Of a stretch of DNA of 64,000 nucleotides, positions 39,750-52,147 are shown piece by piece. The DNA comes from Balanoglossus misakiensis (taxonomy: Eukaryota > Animalia > Hemichordata). The notes beneath the pieces were generated by a model that saw only the letters and a list, made by a program, of their open reading frames with translations, was not told the DNA's origin and did not search any database. Position 1 is the first letter of the stretch. Each line of letters starts with the position of its first letter. A program made the position numbers and the translations under genes. The stretch is taken from NCBI GenBank assembly GCA_040954595.2, contig CM082597.2:8835778-8899777 (forward strand), given 5' to 3'.

Positions 39750-42700
39750 AGGTCCCATTTGGTATATGTATTTATACCATGGTACCTTACGGGATCAGTT
39801 GCACCTGTATGTATGGATGTTTGTATGTCCATCAACATCAAACATTTGGAAACTACTGGCATTTCACCTTGATATTTAATGTGCAGACAGGGCAGTAGAT
39901 GGGAGTTTGTCTAAGTGAAGTTGTCATTGCCAAAATATGCAAATTAGCTGGGAAAGTGTCAAATTCGTCAAAACTTGGGAACTCAACAACTACTGGGCAA
40001 ATTGCTTTCAAAATTGATAATTGGTATGCATGTACCTTATGGTATCCTCTCACAATTCTACATGTTGTGAGCTAATAATGTGAATTTTCTATTTTTAAGC
40101 ATTTTTTTTGTCTCTTTCCACATTGTCGGTAAAAACCTACTTTTCTGGAATTGATCAGCTGACTTGTTTGAAATTTATTATGAAGCTTCATAGGTGATCT
40201 GAGTTACCAACCATAGTTTTGTTTAAATTGTTGCCAAAAATTGCGTATTTATAATTTTGGAGCAATTTTTAGGTCCCATTTGGTTTATGTACATATATAC
40301 GATTGGGACCTTATGGAATCAGTTGCATTTGTATGTATGAGTGAATGGATGAAAACCGCTGGGCATATCACTTCCATATTTAGTGTGTAGATGCAGGCGG
40401 GGCTGTAGATGGGATTTTGTTCAAATGAAATTGTCATTGCCAAAATATTACCTGTGTAAATGTGAAATTGGTCAAAAGTCAGAAACTTGACAACCACTGG
40501 TCAGATTGGTATGTCAATGAACCCCATACAGTCCTGTATGTTGTGAGCTAATATTATGAATTTTCTAATGTTTATTAATTTTTTTTGTCTTTTTCCACAT
40601 TATTGGTAAAAAAAAATCTTCACTTCTGAAAGCGATAGTCCGACTCCTTCGAAATTTAGTATGAAGCTTCCTATGGGTGGTCCGAGTTACCATATTTTTT
40701 GTTCAGATTGTTGTAAAATAGGCATATTTATAATTTTGAGCAATTTTGCCAATTATGGTCAGAATGCTTTGCAATTTGGTAGGCAGATTCCCAGGGGTAA
40801 CCCAAGGAAGATGTCATAAAAATGGTTAAAACTGCGTGCTTGTGTTATTGGGGATATTTTTTGCAATCTTTGTCAAAAACTGTTTTCTGTTAAACCGTTC
40901 AAACCCTTGTCAGATTGCTTTGAATTTTGGCAGGAATGTTCCTTGTAGTGATTGAAGTAAGATGGTGTACAATTATAGAGATGTTTGCATATTTGTGTTT
41001 TTGCCACTTTTGAACAAATGTGTTTTTCTTTGAAACTGCTTTTTTGATGGCTTTGAAATATGGTAGGAATATTCCTAGGGGTAACCCAATTTTTAGCTCA
41101 CCTGAAAATCACGTGAGCTTATAGTTTAGCGATGTCTGTGTATGTGTGTGTCTGTCTGTATACCCGATATCTCAAGAACCGCTGAACCGATTTCAACCAA
41201 ATTTAGTACACAGGTTCAGATATCATATGGCAAGAACTGGAAAGGTTTTGGTGGGTGTGGCTTTGATATTAATGAAGTTATTAAAGTTTTAATTTTTCTA
41301 TTACATGGTTGTCTATGAGAGCTTTCGTTAATGCTGCATATATGACCAGTGGAAACGATAGTTTGAGGAGATCGACTGTTTGAGGGCGCTGTGAAATGAG
41401 ACATTCCTGGCGATATTGCCGTGGTTCTGTCCATGCTCAGACGCTGTACCCGTCGTTACGAATAACTTCCCTACGTGAATCCACAAGGAAGCTAACGTTG
41501 TTTAGTTGCTTCATAGAGCGTAAATTGTTAATCTACAGGACCGTCAGACGAATACTCTTTTCAAATGAAGTTTGAAACTACTTACGAGTAAGTTAGTGGA
41601 GACAATATGGCGGATAGTTGGCGTGCAGCCGAATCCGCGTTATGACTATGACGTGACCCATTCATCAAGACAAACCGTAAATGATTCACGCATATTGTGG
41701 TCCTCACGCAGTCAATCTCAAAATGTCACCAGGCTTTCTATTTGTCTATTGTTCAGAGAAAAATAACATGGCGGTTGATCACACTCAACAGTAAAATCCG
41801 TTTTGTGTGTTTATAGACAGTCTGTTATCGCCAATACTATATAGCGATTGCTAGATGGCCTACCCAATATGTGATCGAGCGAGAATGATAACATTGAATG
41901 TCTGTTCAGATCTCATTCCGTACGTCATACGTCAACATTTCGATTTCGATTTAATCCATTCATAAATAATTTAGAGAAAGTCGTCTTGAATTGTGACCCC
42001 GACTATCAATTAGTTTACGATGATTTTTTGGCGACGGAATACACGAGACGCCATTGCATAACTACGTCAGCTGGACTTCCAAGGTTACCATTTTGTGTGT
42101 ATGGAATCTTATCACAGAGCCTACGTACTTTGACAATATGCCATGCTATATCAATGACGCCCCAGAAAATTTGTCAAAAAATGAATTTGTCTTCTCATGG
42201 TGGTGCAATATATTTTAATGTCTATTTTGAGGTTGATTTTGGTTTTTGGCTAACATGTATATAAATGTCAGCTTATAGCATAAGTTGGTGTCCGTCGGCT
42301 ATGTATGTCTGTATGTGTGCCTCATACAGAATTATGTATTTTGTGAATGGATCAGTTTCGTCTTAATGTATTGATGTATGTATGTGTATGTCCATCAACA
42401 TCAAAAACTTGAAACTACTGATATTTAGTGTGTACATAGAAATTGTTATTGCGAAAAAATGCATACTGGTATTAACTGGAAAAATGTTCAAATAGTCAAA
42501 ATTGAAAAACTTAATAACAGCGGATCAGATTAAGTTAAAAATTGGCGTGCATTGGTGTGCAAGTACTTTGGGAAGACCTCGTATGATTTTGTTCAGGTGG
42601 AGTCAGTATCTGGCGTTTCCTATTTTTTATGAATTTTTGGGGGAATTTTCTGCAGTTTTGTTAAAAAAAAATTTTCTCTGAAATTACATGTCCAATTGAT

Positions 42701-43190
42701 TGGAAACTTGGTATGGAGGTTCATAGGGCTTACCTGAATCACATTTGTGCAAACGGTGGTGAAATTTGCAAAAATGCATTTTTGGGCAATATTTCCTGTT
42801 TTTGCCAAAAAATCCAATCCTGTGAAATGTAGGTGCAATTGTTTTGATACTTTGTATTTGGGTTTCTAGGGGTGATCTCAGTCAGATATGATCAAATTGT
42901 AATGAAATTTGCATAATTGTATTTTTTGGGAATTTCTGCAGGGTTTGGCCAAATAGTCTTCGGTAATACCACAAGTCCAATTGGTTGGAAACTTTGAATG
43001 GGAATTCATATATGTGATATCAGTCAGATTTGTCTGAATTTCCTGTTGTTTGCCAAAATGTCTTCCTTATTGAAACTTGTTAAAGAGGTTCTTAGGCATG
43101 AACAGAAATCAGATTTGTTGAAATCTGGTGAAATATTCATACTTTTTGGTATATTTCTTGCCATTTTTGATCAAAGAGTTTTAGAATTCC
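39750..43190 (+). mobile_element. Cluster of decayed Helentron/HINE-like elements
   Basis: Heads AGGTCCCA...TGG(G/T)ACCTTA at 39750 and 40271 and AGCTCAC...GTGAGCT at 41095, each followed by TGTA/TGTC microsatellite and diverged core repeats. Confidence 0.7.
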
Positions 43191-43685
43191 ATAGACTTAT
43201 TATTTTTATGCAGTTCAGGATGGGGTACATGACTCATAACCCCTTACAAAAATTGACAAGGCAACAATTCCACAAACATGTTTACATTTCACAATGGTGC
43301 AACACACAACCCTTACACCATATACACTATAAACCAAAATGGTTTAAAACTGGTTTTTCTAATCTTGTTATTCTGTCAACCAATCACAGTACTGCACGTG
43401 AGCATATTCAGTTAATATCTGGTTCCTGATTGCTTTGGAAGTTAGTTAACAATTTCATAACACATGTACATGTATGTGCAACTTTGATTAAATTCTGGTT
43501 GTCAATATTTAGGTAGTTTGTTGTAAATTTCTTTGTTTTTGGATAGCAAATCTTTTTAACCAATTGCTCAGTTTCTTTGAAAGTTACTGTTAACAAGGAG
43601 AGTTAGTACACCCAACTTAGACTTTTACACCCAACTTAGAGCTACTATGACTGGTTACTAACTTCTATATCTATTTGATTCACAG

Positions 43686-43760
43686 ATGCTGCCTGAAATT
43701 GTCTGCATTTCAACTCGGGATTCTCTTCCTCGTCTGGGGCGAGTTTAAGACCGCTCAATG
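43686..43760 (+). other. Candidate exon E1' (duplicate of E1)
   Basis: Same splice signals as E1; four substitutions relative to E1. Confidence 0.6.
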
Positions 43761-44937
43761 GTAAGCATGACTTGCTGTATATTTGCTTTTATCGGGCGTG
43801 GCACAACCGAAACAATAGGAAACAATGTATGTCTACGAACTAATTTACACCTTCCAGTTATCAATACTTTTTTCCTTCGAATTCTAGCCTCGATTGCCTG
43901 TGATATGATCGTGATGACATGAATTAAATGGTCAAGTTCAAATCTTCATGTGAAGCATAAATTAAATTTGGATGCATTTCCTTAACCATATAGCTAGAAA
44001 TTACTCCCATACCAATACACGGGGAGATACCGTAATTTTGGCTGAAAGTGTGCTAGTCCAACACTATGCTTCATCAAACTGGCTAAGAGATCTATTATTA
44101 TATATAGACACATGAAGGAAAGTAATGTTGTTTATAGTGAAATAAAACAATACCTTAGGCCACAAAGAAAAATATAGATCACGACACAAACAGGCTGGAG
44201 TTTTTTTCAAAAATGTGTGCATAAGATCATATTGGCCCATGGTAATCAAAGCCAAAGCAGCCCAGTTCCAAATTCGAAACTCAGCTCAGTACCAGAAACT
44301 TGCTCAAAGCTACCAAATGCACAGAAAGTTTTGAGAATCTAGATGAAAAATCACCAAGCGACTAGTGCGCTTGTCTATGTTCAATGTGTCTTCCCTGGTA
44401 ACAACATGTACTTCTGCCACCATGCCATGAGATATACTGACAGCCACGTTTGAAACATTTTAGTATACTGATATTCAAAGTTTAAATGTAAAGGCTTACT
44501 TTTCTATAGTAAAATAAATGTTTTATAATTGCCAACAATTTACATTCTTGCGCTAACCAGTTGTATGAAAAGTGAGGTGGATCAAATGTAAGTTTCATTT
44601 TCACAACAAACATTAAGAAATCATTGTACAGTGTTACGTAGATGTCAAAGTGTGTGTACACCTGTCGTTTACAGATATGATGTCAGTTTCACTTGTCACC
44701 TAACTGCCATGTTTGTGGTATACCCATGTGGACCACTTTACTGCAGTACTGATGTAAATGGAGTTTCAAGATCGCTGTTACAGATTTCTCTGATTCGTAT
44801 TCCACGTACATTATCGCAGCACAGTCTGACCCTATATTATACCATGTTTTGCATATTTTCACTAATTAGTATGGCCCAAATAATTCTAAAGCAAGGTTGA
44901 TTGGTTACTAATTGATAAGCATATATTTGATTCACAG

Positions 44938-45010
44938 TCTTAAACACAGCATTTCAACGTATGCCGGAGGAGGAAGAGAATACCTAGGCCTGATCCAAGA
45001 CCGCTTTCCG
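44938..45010 (+). other. Candidate exon E2' (duplicate of E2)
   Basis: Same splice signals as E2; identical sequence. Confidence 0.6.
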
Positions 45011-45444
45011 GTAAGCACAACTTGCTGTATACATGCTCCATAGCTTGTTTGTAAAGGCTACCTTTTCCCATCAAATAGTGAAGTCGCCCTTTCAAAATTA
45101 TGGTGGTGGTATTAAGCCACAACTGGTTATCATGGAGAGCCCCATATAAACTTACCAGCCCACGCTAGCCATGACTTTACAAATGTTTCCGTCATACTAT
45201 GCAGAAAATTCTGGCTGCCTTAAATAGGTTTTCACTTTGCGCTAGGGGGTCAAATCACATTGCATTCTGGGCGAAAAGTCTACAACCCACTGTAGTAAGA
45301 GGTGGAAGAAATGATACATTTTGTGTATTTCATGCTTTGGTCAAACATGTCTGTCTCCGTAGTTAGCATATTAAACTCATTAAATGTTTTTCACATTTTG
45401 TTATTTTGTCTGTTATGACCCATTATCACTTTAGCTTTAGCTTA

Positions 45445-46233
45445 GGCTCCATTCACAAACACCTCTGGATGGGGGGGGGGGGAGAATTCAATTTTTTTAC
45501 TGCTAATTTTCACATGCCCCCCCCCCTGTACACAACCCGAAATATTTTCAAATCCCCCACCCCCTTCTGAACTGCCAAAATTTTAAAATCCCCCCCCCCA
45601 TTTTCTTTCACAGAGCAAAACACATCACTTATCTATCTTGTAAAAAAGAAAAACAGCGCTCCCATGAAAAGACTTTGAAACTGATGTTTCCCCTCATCAG
45701 TGGGTATTAAAACTGAACATGGTTTTTATTTTTTAAGTATTTGTATTCTGTGTTGGGAGACATTGTAAACCGGGAATTGAAGGGGGTGGGTGTGGGAAGG
45801 GGTGTCCCCCTCCCACGTAAGAAAATTTTATAAAATACAGAGCTCAAAGCTGCATTTTTATGAACCCGGCAAAAGCAAATTAACTCAACTACCAGTATGT
45901 TGGGGAGGATAAATTTAACCGTCGCCGCTCAAAGTTATCATGGGGTGGGGGCAAGTCCCCTGACATGGGACACTAGATAAACCAGTTAATGATTGAAAGG
46001 TGTTGATGAATGGAGGGGGGTGGGTGTGGGAGGGGGTGTAAAATAAAGGGAGCGAAACTGCATTTTTGTGGACTCAAAATAAATATTTAGTCGTCAAAGT
46101 TTTCAAGTCCCCCCTTTCAGTCCCTAAATAATTTCAAATCCCCCCTTACATACCTTCAATTTTTCAAATCCCCCCCCCCCGCTCAATTCTCCTGCCCCCC
46201 CCCCCCTCTCCAGAGGTGTTTGTGAATGCAGCC
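45445..46233. mobile_element. PIF/Harbinger-like MITE with TTA TSD and paralogous empty site
   Basis: TTA|GGCTCCATTCACAAACACCTCTGGA...TCCAGAGGTGTTTGTGAATGCAGCC|TTA. The empty site TTAGC-TTA-TGAACTCCC is at 38928-38930. Confidence 0.95.
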
Positions 46234-49200
46234 TTATGAACTCCCATTTCTTTAACATGGCAAAAATCGGCCATCAATTGTCGACCATATGAGATTTTCA
46301 TCACTCACTTAGGGTAGCTTAAGGGAGAATTGTATAGGCATGACTTGGGCTGTAAATTTGATGAAATAGCTACATGCCTATTGTTAACAAGCAGCTGACT
46401 GTACTGAAAGAATGGAAGTGTTGTGTACCTATTTTACATATTCAATATTTGTAATTAGACCATGTCATGTATATCTTGGGGATTGCTCGATCGCAATGTC
46501 TCTGCTGGTACAATGTCCTTTTAACTTGTACAGTAATATGGTAGTGATTGTAAGTTTGTGTACGGCATTTGTAAGTTATTTTCAATTTATAATTTTTTTG
46601 TAAGTTTCTTCATTCTCAAATTGCTTGCCTAACGTACTGCTTTAAAATTTAAATTTTGGTATGATTTTGAGTAGACTTTTTGTTTCAAAATTATTTTCGA
46701 CACTTGACATTTTTGGGTGATATGATTTTACATGGAAAATCTGATTTCCCTGTAATTCGGTTGACAGGATTTTCACAATATCTCTAAATCATGAAGTACA
46801 TGTATCAGAATTGCATCAGGCCCCCAAAATTCTAGTCGCCCTTGGCAAGTAATATTAGCCATTGTTGTCCAAGGACGTTGAAGGTACAATTGGTTTTTAA
46901 ACTTACTATGTAGGCATTTTATCAGAATTATTAGGTCCCATTTGGTGCAGGTATATGTATTTATACCATGGGACCTTATGGGATCAGTTGCACCTGTATA
47001 TATGGATGTCTGTATGGATGTTTGTCTGTATGTCTATCAATATCAAACACTTGGAAACCACTGGCATGTGACCTTGATATTTAGTGTGGAGATGCAGGCA
47101 GGGCATTAAGTGGGAGTTGTCAAAATGAAGTTGTCATTGCCAAAATATGCAAATTAGCTGGGAAAGTGTCAAATTCGTCCAAACTCGGGAACTCGACAAC
47201 TACTGAGCAAATTGCTTTCAAAATTGAAAATTGGTATTCCTGTAAGTTATGTTAACCTCACACAGTTCTATATGTTGTGAGCTAATGTGAATTTTCGATT
47301 TTTTATGTATTTTTTGTCTCTTTCCACATTATCGGTAGAAAATCTGCTTTTCTGGAATTGATCAGCTGACTTATTTGAAATTTAGTATGAAGCTTCATAG
47401 GTGATCTGAGTTATCATAGTTTTGTAAGGTCCCATTTGCTTTACCATGGGACCTTATGATATCAGTGGATGTATGTATGTATGTCTGTATGTCCGTCCAC
47501 ATCACAAACTTGAAAACCGCTGGGCATATGACCTCGATATTTGGTGTGTAGATGCAGGCCAGGCTGAAGATTGGAGTTTGTTCAAATGAAGCTGTCATTG
47601 CCAAAAATATGCAAATTAGCTAGGAAAATGTGAAATTGGTCAAAACTCAAACTCAACAACCACTGGTCACATTCATTTGAAAATCAGTATGCATGTACCT
47701 TATGTCTACCTCAAACAGTCCTGTATGTTTTGAGCTAATATTATCGATTTTTAATTTTTTATGCCAAAAATCTTTTATGCATTTTTTGTATTATTCCACA
47801 TTATTGGTAAAGAAATCATCATTTCTTAAAGTTATAGGCCTCATTCTTTGAATTTTAGTATGAAGCTTCTAATGGTTGTCTGAGTAACCAAAGTTTTGTT
47901 CAAATTGTTGAAAAATTTGCATATTTTAATTTTGAGCAATTTTTGCCACTTTTGGTCATTTTTTTTTCTTTAAAACTGCATGCCAGATTGATTTGGTAGG
48001 CATATTCCTAAGGGTAAACTGAGTAAGATGTTGTAAAAATGTTTTAGTATATATTGTGTTATTGGGGAAGGGGGGGGGGGGGTTACTCAAACATTTATAA
48101 CACCCAGCAACTTTTGGTACTGGCAGGGTTTGTCCTCCAATGATTTCAACATCCTGCTAGGAATACAACCTCTCCTCAACTTTATAAATATAGGGCATGA
48201 CATTGCAGGTTTTTTGAGAACACTGTTTAAAATAACCCTCATCAAGCCTGTTAACTTATTTAGACAGACTATTATCCAGAATGAAACGAAACATGGATGC
48301 AATAAAAAGATCTTGTGCAATAAAAACCAAGTTGATCATAACAATTATTTGCTAAGTACAACATGTACATCACTAATAGAAGTTATGGCTATAAGCATAA
48401 ACCTGTTTGTTTTGCTATCTTCACTATTCATATTATCTGACTATATTAATACATTTGCAAGCATACTGTTTCAGACATAGCGAATTTGATAAACATCTAC
48501 AAATATATTTTTACCTGTTGAAGTTATCAAAATCCAGACACTTGACAAAAGGACATTTTTCATCCCCTCTATAGATTGATAGTCTAACATAGCAGGCAAT
48601 CTGTTTTTAACAACTGCAGAAGCCTTCATAAAAAGTTGTTGGCCAGAATGAAAGCTTAGGGGACGTAGGATTTCCTACTTTTTAGGTTATTTTTTCTATG
48701 GCCCCAAAAAGCTATGACAAAAAATTGATGACCCCCTTTGAATTTATAATTCCCCCCCCCCCCTATCATACCCTGTCCATATTCTTATAAATGTCAATAA
48801 ATGCCATACAGTCCTGTATGTTTTGTTTTGAGCTAATATTATGAATTTTCTATTTTTATTGTTTTGTCTTTTACTGCATTATTGGTAAAGAAAAATCTTC
48901 CTTTCTGAAAGCCATAGTTTTTGTTCAAATTGCAAATTGTTGTGAAATTGGTATATTTATAATTTTGAGCAATTTTGTAATTTTTGCTCAGAATGCAGAT
49001 TCCTAGGGGGGTAACCCAAGTAAGGTGTTGTAAAAGAATTGTTTAAAAAATAAAAATATATTTGTAGATGGTTATCAAATTCGCTGTGTCTGAAAGCGCT
49101 TGTCAGATTGCTTTGAACTTTGACAGGAATGTTCCTTGTAGTGATTTAAGTAAGATGGTGTACAATTATAGTGATTTTTGCATATTTGTGTTTTTGCCAC

Positions 49201-49519
49201 TTTTGAACAAATGTAGTTTTGTTTAACCCCCATCTTACCCTATCCATATTCAAATAAATATGAAAAGAAATTTCTCACAGATATTATTTACTTTGATAAT
49301 ACTATCATTTGTGCAACAACTAATCAATCAAACAGTCAATAATCATAAATTGGGAGTTCAAAAATATCTATAAGGGAGATTTAAAACCCCGTTAGCAACA
49401 ACTGTTTGCCATGTTTTCAGTATTAATGTTTTGTGTAGCTTCTGCAGTTTTTAGGTCCCATATGGTATGTACCATGGGCCTTATGGAATCAGTTGCGTCT
49501 GTATTTATGTATGGATGTA

Positions 49520-49716
49520 CTGTATTTTCGCGAGTTAAATTTTTCGCGATATCGAGAGAGGCCACTGTTTCGCGAGTATTAATTTTCGCGTTCTCTTATT
49601 TCATTCACTGCATCGTTATCTTCAAAAACAATTTACGCGACTTTTTATTTTCACGTTATTTTGGCTCTCGCGTATTTGGCGAAAATTAATTGCTCGCGAA
49701 AATAAAGTGTTTTACA
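49520..49716. mobile_element. TA-flanked MITE (CTGTA...TACAG) rich in TTTTCGCG motifs
   Basis: TA|CTGTATTTTCGCGAG...CTCGCGAAAATAAAGTGTTTACAG|TA, inserted in a HINE microsatellite. Confidence 0.8.
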
Positions 49717-51414
49717 GTATGTCTGTCTGTTTGTATGGATGTATGTCTGTATGTCCGTCCACATCTAAAACTTGAAAACCGTTGTGCATATCACCTCGAT
49801 ATTTGGTGTGCAGATGCAGGCTGGGCTGTAGATTGGAGTTTGTTAACATGAAAATGTCATTACCAAATATATGCAAATTAGCTGGAAAATGTGAAATTGG
49901 TCAAAACTCGCAAAATTCAACAACTGCTGGTCAGATTGATTTGGAAATTGGTATGCAAGTACCTTATGCCTACCTCATACAGTCCTGTATGTTTTGAGCT
50001 AATTTTGATTTTCTATTTTTGATGCATTTGTTTGTATTTTTCAACATTATTGGTAAAAAATCTTCATATGAATCTAAAATTACCGTCGAATCATCCAGTG
50101 TGAGTTAGCACTGTAATTAGCAAAAGTTATAAATCCACAGTTACCCAGCAAATTTGATATAATGCTTCACATAGGTATTGGTTTTGAACATCCTTCAGAA
50201 AGGGTATGAATATTTTAAAATTTTTACTGTTGCAACCCAGACTAGTTTATTTCTGAATAAACAGAGAAATGACAACCGGATAGATTATTCTTCTGTACTA
50301 AAGACATATGCAGACACAAGAAATAGTCTGAACATTTTCAGTACATTACTAAAACAGTGTAGGTACATTGTACTATAAACTGAGGAAGATTAGTGACTAT
50401 TGTTTGCCAAAAATGGTCCCAAGTCATTTCTCAAGCATAGCAGAATAGTAGCTTTGAGTAGCAAAGTGTGATGATTTAAAATGTAAAAAGACAACACCAA
50501 TCTCTAGCTCTGCTCTCAGCACTGCAAAAGTTATCTGACAGGTAGATAGATGTTCAGTCATCCTATGTCTGTCAACATTTTTCTTTTCTGAAATCACTGG
50601 CGCAAGTGCTTTTAAAATTGGTGTGCAGGTTTCTTGGGGTGGCGAAGTAATGTGTGTTCAAATTGTGTTGAATTCTGCATATTTGTAGTTTGGAACAAGT
50701 TTTTTGCTGTTTTTGGAAGAAAAAAGCTAAGCTCGTAGATTACTTTGACTATGCAGGTTTCTAGGTATGACACAAGTTGTTTCTTCAAAATATGGTGAAA
50801 TTTGCATATTTGGGGGGAAATTTTCTCTGAAATTTAGTATTGATCTCCCTGAGGTATGTGACATAATCTGTAATTTTGTATTTTGGAGACAGTTGCCTTT
50901 TTGTACAAACAAAAAATCTTGTCAGAATATGCATGTCTGATTGCCATGTCCACAGGGGTGATCTACTTTTATTTACATTATAACCGAATCTGTAAAGTTT
51001 TCATAATGATCTTTAAAATAGGTACGTCTAATTGTTTTGATCTTTGGTATGAATTGTCCCTTGGTGATCTTAGTCAATGCTTTTGAAATTCCGCTGAATA
51101 TTGCATTATTATTTTGTCTGAGTCTGAAGAGTAGTCATCATCTCTGAAACCCCTTGACCTAAGTCAGGTGTCAAATAGTACAATTTGCAGATTTGTTGCA
51201 TTGGAGATATTGTTGCAGTTTTTGAAATTCAAGATGGCTGCCAATGTCTGTGTTAACTCTATGGAAAAACATTTATGTAAATACTTTTCTGAAAACAAGG
51301 CGGTGAACATCACATTTTTGTTTACAAACAGTAATAGAAATAGCTATCATTGTTTCTGAAAATCCTAACTTGTAGGATTCTTTTTCAATCTCTGGCATCA
51401 GCAGAGACAATTAA

Positions 51415-52147
51415 GGTGGCATTGCATGAAAAGTTGTGATTTTTGCCAAATTTTACTTTTTTACATAAATCGGTAGGCCTAATACTCACCCACATCCTGA
51501 CTAATACGTCTTGGCGGAAATGGTGCACAATCACCCCCAAATAGCACTTTTCTGAATGAGTTCACAGCTTAACAAATAGGTGTCAACAATGCAAATGGCC
51601 GTTTTTCTCGGTTTGCATTTTCGCTGCTTTTGACAACTTCGGACTAAAATAGCTTCGCCCTGCATTGGCCAAATTTGCTCAAATTTTGACAGGGAATTGT
51701 GTATGACCCATCCAACAAAACGCTAGTTTTGTATGTCGATAAAGTGTCCCTGGCGGGAATAAACTCTGATTCAATACAACTCACCGTGAATTTGATCAAA
51801 TTTTCAGAAAATCTAACTTTCAAACAATGTTACTCCTCAATGGAAGCAGATAACGCAAAACAAAATTAGCGTTTTTTTGCACGTGTACTTTAGTTTCGAA
51901 TGACATATTAAGATGCATGATGCATGGTCAACTTTTTTACCTATTTTAAATTTCATGACATAATATCAAAAAATGGGTTTTTTCGCCCAAAATCGCCACC
52001 ATTTCCGGGGATCAATAATATTTGCAACTCAAACAAAAGTTCAAAATCTCAGCTTCCAGAATATATATGGTTTATGGGGGTTTAAACTTTGTCTTTGATG
52101 AGAAATAGGCCTCTGAAAAAGTCTCGACGGTTTCATGCAGTGCCACC
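51415..52147. mobile_element. TTAA-flanked Kolobok-like MITE
   Basis: TTAA|GGTGGCATTGCATGAAA...TTTCATGCAGTGCCACC|TTAA. Confidence 0.9.

Larger units (their letters stand above)
37152..40860 (+). repeat. Segmental duplication copy 1 (paralogous to 43638-48065)
   Basis: Collinear high similarity, e.g. CTATGACTGGTTACTAACTTCTAT at both starts and matching pseudo-ORFs 39131 and 46412. Confidence 0.95.
43638..48065 (+). repeat. Segmental duplication copy 2
   Basis: Collinear with 37152-40860. It has extra ~44207-44825 and a MITE at 45445-46233, and lacks the 37517 MITE. Confidence 0.95.

Noticed and set aside
42998-43429. 143 aa ORF
   Set aside because: It spans decayed HINE core repeat into unrelated sequence and has no recognisable motif.
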